NCBI GenBank assembly: GCA_001918745.1
Contig: MNGN01000057.1
Coordinates: 1 to 56,162 of the forward strand
Source: Crenarchaeota archaeon 13_1_40CM_3_52_17
GTDB lineage: Archaea; Thermoproteota; Bathyarchaeia; 40CM-2-53-6
Reading direction: 5' to 3'
Length of the DNA: 56,162 nt
Numbering within the stretch: the stretch's first letter is position 1; every line of letters starts with the position of its first letter. The notes under the pieces are model-generated. The model did not search any database. It saw nothing but the letters and a program-made list of their open reading frames with translations, and had not been told where the DNA came from. Both the position numbers and the translations under genes were made by a program. Positions 28,961 to 36,453 of this stretch are shown here, in pieces.

Positions 28961-29641
28961 CTATGACTGTTTTGCACCGCAGCTGGTGCAGAATACTGCG
29001 GCACCCGGAAGCTTGGCGCCGCACTTGAAACAGAATTTTGATTCGGTGGGAGATTGTTGTTGAGTCACTGGCGGTTGCCGTTGCTCGGGAACGGGTGCGA
29101 AGCTTTGCGGGGCAGGCTGACCCCAGCCAGGAGATGCTGGGCGATCCTGGATGGAGAAGTAAGCGACGACCTGAAAGACCAACGCTATGAGAAGTATCAG
29201 GAAGCCGACGAAAATGATCGTCAGTGCTGCTCCGATTAGGTAGAGTAATCCGGCGGTGGCGAATGCGCTGACGTTCAGCCGTTGTGAGATCTTTTCATAA
29301 GAACGTTTGAGAAAGATCGCGGAGATAATCGAGAAGACCCAGAACGCGCCAAGTATGGCTAGAAATCCCAGAAATCCTACTCCACCGAAGCCGAACGGGC
29401 CTACTAGGAAGAGTCCCCCGATGGCCCCTGAAAAAACAAAGATGCCAAAGACAACCGCTCCAATTATTGCGGTTATCCCCGCGAGAAGAGCGTCATCGAA
29501 GATTGTCTTATCCTGAACACTTTCGGAGATTTCCTTTGTTGCTAGAAGGATGAGTATCCAGCCGACTAGGCTGATGCCCGGGAGAAAGACGAGAATCCCG
29601 CCCACTCCGCCGAGAGTCTTTGCCGAGGATAGAGATCCCAT
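28961..29641 (-). CDS. DUF996-like membrane protein with P/Q-rich linker and C-terminal zinc ribbon
   Basis: 4-5 TM helices, then PASPGWGQPAPQSFAPVPEQRQPPVTQQQSP, then CFKCGAKLPGAAVFCTSCGAKQ. Confidence 0.55.
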   Translation of the reverse strand: MGSLSSAKTLGGVGGILVFLPGISLVGWILILLATKEISESVQDKTIFDDALLAGITAIIGAVVFGIFVFSGAIGGLFLVGPFGFGGVGFLGFLAILGAFWVFSIISAIFLKRSYEKISQRLNVSAFATAGLLYLIGAALTIIFVGFLILLIALVFQVVAYFSIQDRPASPGWGQPAPQSFAPVPEQRQPPVTQQQSPTESKFCFKCGAKLPGAAVFCTSCGAKQS

Positions 29642-29704
29642 GGACGAGACGGTTGATCCGCGCTCAAATTTAACGATTGAATGATCCGAGTCTTTGCTGA
29701 AGGA

Positions 29705-30820
29705 CTATTCTTCTTTCCAGTTCATGAGTAAGCTACCGAGTACGATGAAGAACGCTGCTAAGCCTAGCGCTATGATTGTGTTTGTCAGGGCTTGGGCAGG
29801 CTCCGCATAGATTAGCGCATCTCTGAGCCCGTCGTTCACATATGTTAGTGGCATGAAGTTGGCTATGATCTTCATGATGTCCGGCAGTGTCTCGCGGGGC
29901 CAGAACGTTCCGGCCAGGAACATCATGGGGAAGGTTATCGCGTTTGCCGCGGCGTCAGCACTCTCCGCTTCCTTTACGAAGTTTGCGAGTACCATTCCTA
30001 TCCCAGGGAAAAGGAGGGCTGCGGCAACGACCAATCCTACCGTGTAAATGTCGATGGTCGCGGTGACGCCGAAGATGGCATACCCGAAGAAGAGGATGAC
30101 AACGAGTGATATTGTAGCCAGTATCATCTGGTAGCCGACCATTCCAAGTATCCATTCGAGCTTGCTGAGTGGGGTGGTCGCGAGTTTCTTGATGATCTTC
30201 AGCTCGCGATAGCGTCCGTTAGTATTCACTGCACCGAAGACTCCGGTGGTGAGAAGGGTCATACCAATGACTCCGGGGATGAAGAAATCGATGTATCGGA
30301 TGTTCTTGGTTACGATGCCGACTTGTTGAACGTTCACGTTGTCTGTGGTGGGAGAGAGATGGGCTGCGTAGGAGACGGTCGCAGCGTTCACTATGCCTGC
30401 TAGGGACGCGGATGCCTGATCGGTTTGGTCCATGTAGAGCTGTATCTTAGCTTGGTGGGTTGTGTTCAGAACAGTCTGGAAACCCAATGGAATCACCAAG
30501 AGTCTTTGGCCTCGATTGTGAAGCTGGGCGTCGTCCTTGACGTAGGAGAGGGGGTTTGTCTGTTCCGCTGCGACCATGTGAAGGTTGAATGCTGTGGTAT
30601 TGCTCAACGCACTAACGTACTGCCCTGAGAGGTATGTGGGAGTATTCCCTGAAAGGTCCTGGTTCTGGACGTACAGGTCGAACTTTGTGCTTCCGCTGCC
30701 GAAGATTGCTCCGAAGAGGACGATGAGGAGCAGGGGAAAGGCGATGGTCCAGAATATGTTGCTCTTGCTACGATACCAACTCTTGAAGTGTCCATTGATT
30801 ATTGTGATGATCCTGCTCAT
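29705..30820 (-). CDS. ABC-2 type transporter permease
   Basis: TM1, a large extracytoplasmic loop, then 5 TM helices. I place the start at ATG 30820 (MSRIITI...), one nt after the ATPase stop (TAGAATG). The track ORF extends to 30874. Confidence 0.8.
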   Translation of the reverse strand: MSRIITIINGHFKSWYRSKSNIFWTIAFPLLLIVLFGAIFGSGSTKFDLYVQNQDLSGNTPTYLSGQYVSALSNTTAFNLHMVAAEQTNPLSYVKDDAQLHNRGQRLLVIPLGFQTVLNTTHQAKIQLYMDQTDQASASLAGIVNAATVSYAAHLSPTTDNVNVQQVGIVTKNIRYIDFFIPGVIGMTLLTTGVFGAVNTNGRYRELKIIKKLATTPLSKLEWILGMVGYQMILATISLVVILFFGYAIFGVTATIDIYTVGLVVAAALLFPGIGMVLANFVKEAESADAAANAITFPMMFLAGTFWPRETLPDIMKIIANFMPLTYVNDGLRDALIYAEPAQALTNTIIALGLAAFFIVLGSLLMNWKEE

Positions 30821-30821
30821 T

Positions 30822-31781
30822 CTAGTTTCCCTCCTCCGAGACTCTACGACCGGTAAGGTTGAGAAATACGTCATCTAATGTGGGGCGTCTGACCTCTATC
30901 TCCTTATCGTGCAACGGAGTCTGTCCCAGGCTCATGAGGATGTTTGTGAGTTCTCCATTGTTTAGTGGAATGGCAATGTCTCCCGCGTTTCTAAGCTCGG
31001 CCTTCGGTAGCCCTGTGGGTAATTGTTTGAGTCCCTCCTCGCCAGCATCTCTGATGATGAGTGTTTTCTTTCCGCCGTGAGTGTCTATCAGCTGGTCTGG
31101 TGTCCCGGACGCGATTATCTGTCCATGATCGATTATCGATACGATGTCGGCTAGGTACTCTGCCTCGTCCATATAGTGTGTTGTCAGGAAGACTGTTTTT
31201 CCTTGGCTCCTCAACCGCTCCACGACCCCCCAGACATCTCTACGAGCTCTAGGGTCCAGTCCGGTGGTGGGCTCGTCAAGGAAGACGACATCAGGGTCGT
31301 TTACTAGGGAAACCGCAAGGCCAACTCTCTGTTTGAGGCCCCCTGATAGCTTCTTGAACTGCTCATCCCGCTTGTCCTTGAGATCGACTAGCTCGATCAG
31401 CTTGTCCGCGTCGAGTTGGTGTTTGAACATGGCCCCGAAATAGTTGATATTCTCCCGGACGGTAAGTCGATCAATCGCGTTGAAGTCTTGGGGAAGGACG
31501 CCGATTCGTTTCCGTATCTCCGCCTGGTCTGAACGTTTGCTGACGTCATAACCAAGGACTTTGGCCTGACCCCCAGTAGGGTTTCGTAGGCATTCTAGAA
31601 TTTCTACCGTCGTGGTTTTTCCCGCACCGTTTGGACCCAGGAAGGCGAAAACCTCTCCTTTTGTAAGGCTGAATGATATGCCGTTGACGGCCACGTTATC
31701 GCCGTACTTCTTAGAGAGATTCTCTACCTGGACGATCTTGTCGGATTGCCCCGGGAATGGTGTAGGTTGGCCGTTGCTCAT
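30822..31781 (-). CDS. ABC transporter ATP-binding protein (DrrA-like)
   Basis: Walker A GPNGAGKTT, signature LSGGLKQR, Walker B VVFLDEPTTGLD. Confidence 0.9.
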   Translation of the reverse strand: MSNGQPTPFPGQSDKIVQVENLSKKYGDNVAVNGISFSLTKGEVFAFLGPNGAGKTTTVEILECLRNPTGGQAKVLGYDVSKRSDQAEIRKRIGVLPQDFNAIDRLTVRENINYFGAMFKHQLDADKLIELVDLKDKRDEQFKKLSGGLKQRVGLAVSLVNDPDVVFLDEPTTGLDPRARRDVWGVVERLRSQGKTVFLTTHYMDEAEYLADIVSIIDHGQIIASGTPDQLIDTHGGKKTLIIRDAGEEGLKQLPTGLPKAELRNAGDIAIPLNNGELTNILMSLGQTPLHDKEIEVRRPTLDDVFLNLTGRRVSEEGN

Positions 31782-31990
31782 TGACGAGCTTCTCCTACCG
31801 AGCGACTCTCAAGGGGTTCGTAATAATTATCGTCGCCGTGATTGCTTCCGGCTTCGATCGAGTGTGAGTTTCCATCAGATTTCACCACAATTACGGTAAT
31901 GAGGTCGTTGTCGCTTTTAATGGTCGGGCACGTTTCGTAGCCACGTAATGTGATTACGTCCGATGGAGTCGAGAGATCTATCCGATTCAT
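31778..31990 (-). CDS. 70-aa hypothetical protein translationally coupled to the ABC ATPase
   Basis: The ATG is preceded by GGTGAT with a 5-nt spacer. Its TGA overlaps the ATPase ATG (ATGA at 31778..31781). Hydrophilic with an acidic C-terminus; no motif recognised. Confidence 0.5.
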   Translation of the reverse strand: MNRIDLSTPSDVITLRGYETCPTIKSDNDLITVIVVKSDGNSHSIEAGSNHGDDNYYEPLESRSVGEARQ

Positions 31991-32001
31991 TTTGAATCAC
32001 C

Positions 32002-32874
32002 CTATGAAATACGAGTAAGTTTTGCGCTGACATCCCATAGTCTTTGAGCGATCTCCTCGTTGTAGGACTCGTCTGAAGACTTCTTCACCTTGAGTTTCTC
32101 TACATACTCTCCGTTGAGACCTTTTGCGTCAGGTGAGGAAGCGAGATAGACGATCGTCTCCGCACCCTTCTCAGGACTCGTCATGAACAATTTCGGCAGA
32201 GCCATGATAAAGCCTACCGGACCGAAGGGTCTGGTCCAGATGTTGGTCGCGACAGTTCCGGGGTGTACTGCGTTGACTGTGACCCCTGTTCCTTGCAGCT
32301 TCTTGGCCAGTTCATGGGTGAAGAGAACGAGCGCTAGCTTTGATTGTCCGTAGGCCTTCCATCCACCGTAATCGTTCTCCAGGTTGAGGTCTTCGAAGTT
32401 GATGTGGCCGTTATAGTGTCCTACTGATGATACGTTGATGATTCTGGTTGGAGCGCTCGCCTTCAGTAAGTCCAACTGGAGGTTTGTTAGAAGGAAGGGG
32501 GCGAGATAGTTCGTTGCGAAGGTATTCTCGTAACCATCAACGGTGACGCGGCGCCGTTGGTTGAAGAGTCCAGCGTTATTGATCAAGACGTGGAGTTTGG
32601 AATATTTTCTTCTGAAATCGACAGCGAGCTGTCTCACCGACTCGAGAGACGACAGATCAGCGAGTAAGAGATCGACTGAGTTGTTACGGGATTTTCCGAT
32701 TATATCGAACCTTGCTGCTTCGCCCCTCTCCTTGTTACGTGCGACCATGATGACTGTGGCGCCCATTTTGGCAAGAGCTAGACTGGCCGCTTTTCCGATC
32801 CCGGAGTTGGCTCCGGTAACCATGACAACCTTGTCTTTCATTGTCGTCGTGTCGGAGACGTTTTCGTCCTGCAT
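32002..32874 (-). CDS. SDR-family oxidoreductase (retinol dehydrogenase-like)
   Basis: VTGANSGIGKA and catalytic YGQSKLA (YxxxK). Confidence 0.85.
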   Translation of the reverse strand: MQDENVSDTTTMKDKVVMVTGANSGIGKAASLALAKMGATVIMVARNKERGEAARFDIIGKSRNNSVDLLLADLSSLESVRQLAVDFRRKYSKLHVLINNAGLFNQRRRVTVDGYENTFATNYLAPFLLTNLQLDLLKASAPTRIINVSSVGHYNGHINFEDLNLENDYGGWKAYGQSKLALVLFTHELAKKLQGTGVTVNAVHPGTVATNIWTRPFGPVGFIMALPKLFMTSPEKGAETIVYLASSPDAKGLNGEYVEKLKVKKSSDESYNEEIAQRLWDVSAKLTRIS

Positions 32875-32889
32875 TATTCGTCACTAAAC

Positions 32890-32933
32890 TGACCGGTGGG
32901 TCATTATTTAAACGCGTCGGTCATTTTTAAATA
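32890..32933. promoter_or_regulatory. divergent promoter/operator region between the SDR-ABC operon and the TetR gene
   Basis: Palindrome TGACC-GGTG-GGTCA (32890..32903), a second GGTCA half-site at 32919..32923, and two TATA-like boxes (TATTTAAA 32905..32912; TTTTTAAATA 32924..32933). Confidence 0.4.
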
Positions 32934-32961
32934 CAACACGTGCGCATATCACAGTAGATAG

Positions 32962-33564
32962 ATGCCACGCGTCGTCCCTGAATACAAAGAAGAAGCCAGA
33001 ACACGAATTCTCACAGCCGCAAACCAAGTCTTCGGCGAAAAAGGATACCGCCAAGCAACTATGGACGACGTGGCCAAGAAGCTGGGGGTGAGCAAGGGAG
33101 CGCTCTACCTCTACTTCTCCAGCAAAGAAGAGTTGTTCGAAGCGATCGCCCGGGCGGAACCCTCGGCATTCAAAGAGATCCTATACTCGACCTTCGGCGA
33201 GAACAAGAACCCCCTAGAGAGCGCTGGCGAATTCTTTGACAAGATGTTGAAGCGCTACGGCTCGAACTCTGGATTGAGTTTTGAAATATTCTCAGAGGCG
33301 TCACACAACCCGGGTCTTCGAAGAGTGCTCAAGAAAACTCAGGACGAATACGCCGCGACCCTGACGAGCTACTTAGAGGAAGGACGGAAGAGGGGCTTCA
33401 TCGATAGAGACTTGAATTTGCGATCGATAACCTATGCCTTGATAGCCATGTGGAATGGAATCGAGACGATAATTGGATCAGGGCTGCCGGTTGAAGAGGC
33501 GAGACGAGCGTGGCTGGAAGGATTCAGGGCGATCTTTCTACCCAAGAACCGCGCTCACACCTGA
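32962..33564 (+). CDS. TetR/AcrR-family transcriptional regulator
   Basis: N-terminal HTH ATMDDVAKKLGVSKGALYLYFSSKEELF. Confidence 0.9.
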   Translation: MPRVVPEYKEEARTRILTAANQVFGEKGYRQATMDDVAKKLGVSKGALYLYFSSKEELFEAIARAEPSAFKEILYSTFGENKNPLESAGEFFDKMLKRYGSNSGLSFEIFSEASHNPGLRRVLKKTQDEYAATLTSYLEEGRKRGFIDRDLNLRSITYALIAMWNGIETIIGSGLPVEEARRAWLEGFRAIFLPKNRAHT

Positions 33565-33599
33565 GATAGACATAAAACTCGATTTCTCGACGCGCCCCC

Positions 33600-34622
33600 A
33601 TGCTTCACATGTCTACCATTAAGCAACCGCCCGTCGGCATTGGCTCTGGCAAGATCGACCGTGTAGTGATTATTTTCAAGGAGAATCATACTTTTGACAA
33701 CTACTTCGGCACGTTCCCAGGCGCCAACGGGATGAACATGCCGAGATCGCCTAACCCGCCACCACGAGACCCGGACCATCGACATGGCGCGTGGCTAACT
33801 CGCCAGACGACTTCTATACGACAACAGTTCATCGGGTCGGATATCCCGGCCTACTTTGCTTATGCTAGAAAGTTCGCATTATGTGACCAGTTCTTCACGG
33901 ATGTTGCGGGACCGTCGACCCCAAACCATTTGATGGCGGTGGCGGCCGATTCTCCGTTTATCGATAACCCTCAGGCGGGCGACTCGTCTCGGATCGCTTC
34001 TTCACTTCCCCTGAGCCTCGAATCTCACAAGCTTACCTGGGCTAACTATGGGGGATACGCGTTTCAATATCTGAGCGGTGTCGGAGGCCGGAACAAATTC
34101 ACCTCGGACCAGTTTGCGAACGATGCGGCAGCCGGAAAACTACCGAACGTCTCATGGGTTTATGCTACGAGCCAGTTTGACGAACATCCTCCTGACCCGG
34201 GGAGGGGTCCGATGGGAAACGTGACAACAGGGATGCAGTGGACAGTCGACCAGGTGAACGCAATCGTAAACGGAGGACTTTGGGGAAGGACTGCGGTTTT
34301 CATAACGTGGGATGATTGGGGAGGATGGTACGACCATGTCAACCCGCCGAATGTTGAGACGTGGCAGCTTGCGACTCCCCAGCCGTCTTACAAGGGAACG
34401 CAGTTCCGGTACGGATCGAGAGTCCCATGCCTGGTGCTGAGTCCCCATGCGAAAAGCGGTTACGTTTCGAGGGTGTTGCACTCGCACGTTAGCCTAGTAA
34501 AATTCTGCGAATCCCTTTTCGGACTGCCTGCGTTGAACCAGCGGGACGCGCAGGCAGATGACATGTCAGATTGTTTTGATTTCACAAAAGCACCAGTCCC
34601 ACCGCCGCCGCAGAAGCCTTGA
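33600..34622 (+). CDS. phosphoesterase-family protein (phospholipase C / AcpA acid phosphatase-like)
   Basis: The IIFKENHTFDNYFGTFPG motif of the PLC/AcpA phosphoesterase family. No obvious signal peptide. Confidence 0.7.
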   Translation: MLHMSTIKQPPVGIGSGKIDRVVIIFKENHTFDNYFGTFPGANGMNMPRSPNPPPRDPDHRHGAWLTRQTTSIRQQFIGSDIPAYFAYARKFALCDQFFTDVAGPSTPNHLMAVAADSPFIDNPQAGDSSRIASSLPLSLESHKLTWANYGGYAFQYLSGVGGRNKFTSDQFANDAAAGKLPNVSWVYATSQFDEHPPDPGRGPMGNVTTGMQWTVDQVNAIVNGGLWGRTAVFITWDDWGGWYDHVNPPNVETWQLATPQPSYKGTQFRYGSRVPCLVLSPHAKSGYVSRVLHSHVSLVKFCESLFGLPALNQRDAQADDMSDCFDFTKAPVPPPPQKP

Positions 34623-34627
34623 TAGAA

Positions 34628-36316
34628 ATGGCGACGCCATCGTTGAAAAAACAGGATGCGAAACGATCCTCGAATACTGCCGCCCAGCTTCTCGTTGAAT
34701 GCTTGGAGAATGAAGGTGTCAAGTATGCTTTCGGCATACCTGGCGAGGAGAACATTCACGTCATCGATGCGCTAAACAATTCGTCTATCCACTTCGTTCT
34801 TGTCCGTCACGAGCAAGCCGCCTCTTTCATGGCCGACATTTACGGTCGCCTGACCGACCAGGCGGGAGTCTGCGTGGCAACCCTCGGACCCGGAGCGATC
34901 AACCTGTTACTCGGAACCGCAGATGCCAACACTGACAGCGTTCCGCTCGTCGCGATCAGCGCACAGGGCGGCTTGAACCGGATATACAAGGAATCTCATC
35001 AGATAATCGATCTAGTCAGCATGTTCAAACCCGTCACGAAATGGGCTGAGCTGATCCCGAGACCGGAAGCTGTGCCCGAGATGGTTCGGAAAGCGTTCAA
35101 GCTTGCACAGACCGAGCGTCCCGGCGCAGTTTACCTCGCATTACCAGAAGATGTCGAAAAAATGCTTGCACCCCCAGGTCATCGCCCGCTAGAGATCAAT
35201 GTGGTGCGCGATACCTCTCCTTCTCCAGCCCAGATATTGCGGGCGGCGAAGGTCTTGGAAGGCGCGAAGAGACCCATCCTTCTTGCAGGACACGGTGCCG
35301 TGCGTAATCATGCTGGTGCTGCCCTGGTTCGGTTCTCAGAACGCCTTCACATACCCGTCGCGACGACCTTCATGGGCAAGGGAGTCTTCCCGGACAACCA
35401 TCCCAACGCGCTCGGTACCATAGGTTTCATGGTCCACGACTATGCCAATTTCGGCTTTGACCAGGCAGACGTGATTCTATCTGTAGGATATGACATGCAA
35501 GAATTCGATCCGGTAAAGATCAATCCGAAGGGTGAGAAGCAGATCATCCACATCCACAGGTATCCTGCTCAGGTTGATGCGCATTACGATCTTGCCGTCG
35601 GTATCCAAGGCGACATTTCAGAATCACTCGACGCACTATCCCGAGAGACCAAGGTCACACCTGGATCGAATCCAACAGGTCAGAAGATTCGTCGCTTGTT
35701 ACAGGAGGAGCTTGAGATGGGAGGAAACGACAACTCCTACCCAGTCAAGCCCCAGCGCATCGTAGCGGATATCCGCTCAGCGATGAGCGAAAAGGACATC
35801 GTGTTAGTCGACACTGGTGCTGTTAAGATGTGGATGGCCCGGTTGTATCCGACGTATCAGCCGAACACTTGCATTGTCTCCAACGGTCTCTCAACAATGG
35901 CCTTCGCTCTGCCAGGAGCGATTGCAGCGAAACTCGCCTTTCCGGACCGTAAGGTTCTGGCTGTTGCTGGGGACGCTGGTTTCTTGATGAACTCGATGGA
36001 GCTCGAGACCGCGGTTAGGGAGAAGATACCGCTGGTCGTATTGATCTGGGTAGACGGGTCCTATGGTATGATCAAGTGGGAGATGGACCTCGAGCTCGGA
36101 CATCACTCGCATGTTGACTTCGGTAACCCCGATTTTGTCAAGTTCGCCGAGAGCTTCGGCGGCAAAGGATACCTGATCACGCAAGCAGGAGATCTGCTTC
36201 CCAGGCTAAAGCAAGCACTGGTTGATAATGCGGTCTCTATTATCGCGTGTCCCGTCGACTATGCGCAGAACAATGTTCTGACCGACAAGTTGGGAGAACT
36301 CACCCAACCCATTTAG
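34628..36316 (+). CDS. thiamine-diphosphate enzyme, acetolactate synthase-like
   Basis: N-terminal GVKYAFGIPGEEN, TPP-binding GDAGFLMN...; about 560 aa. ATG 34628 lies just after the upstream stop. Confidence 0.8.
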   Translation: MATPSLKKQDAKRSSNTAAQLLVECLENEGVKYAFGIPGEENIHVIDALNNSSIHFVLVRHEQAASFMADIYGRLTDQAGVCVATLGPGAINLLLGTADANTDSVPLVAISAQGGLNRIYKESHQIIDLVSMFKPVTKWAELIPRPEAVPEMVRKAFKLAQTERPGAVYLALPEDVEKMLAPPGHRPLEINVVRDTSPSPAQILRAAKVLEGAKRPILLAGHGAVRNHAGAALVRFSERLHIPVATTFMGKGVFPDNHPNALGTIGFMVHDYANFGFDQADVILSVGYDMQEFDPVKINPKGEKQIIHIHRYPAQVDAHYDLAVGIQGDISESLDALSRETKVTPGSNPTGQKIRRLLQEELEMGGNDNSYPVKPQRIVADIRSAMSEKDIVLVDTGAVKMWMARLYPTYQPNTCIVSNGLSTMAFALPGAIAAKLAFPDRKVLAVAGDAGFLMNSMELETAVREKIPLVVLIWVDGSYGMIKWEMDLELGHHSHVDFGNPDFVKFAESFGGKGYLITQAGDLLPRLKQALVDNAVSIIACPVDYAQNNVLTDKLGELTQPI

Positions 36317-36453
36317 TGGCGAGTCCCTAGTGATCCCGATCACGGAATAATAATGAAGAAATAACGCGTCCGATTTAACGGATGCCAGCGATTCCTCTCG
36401 TTTTTCGGATAAAGCTAAATGCGCGCAAATATTCTGGCCACCAAGAGGCATCA

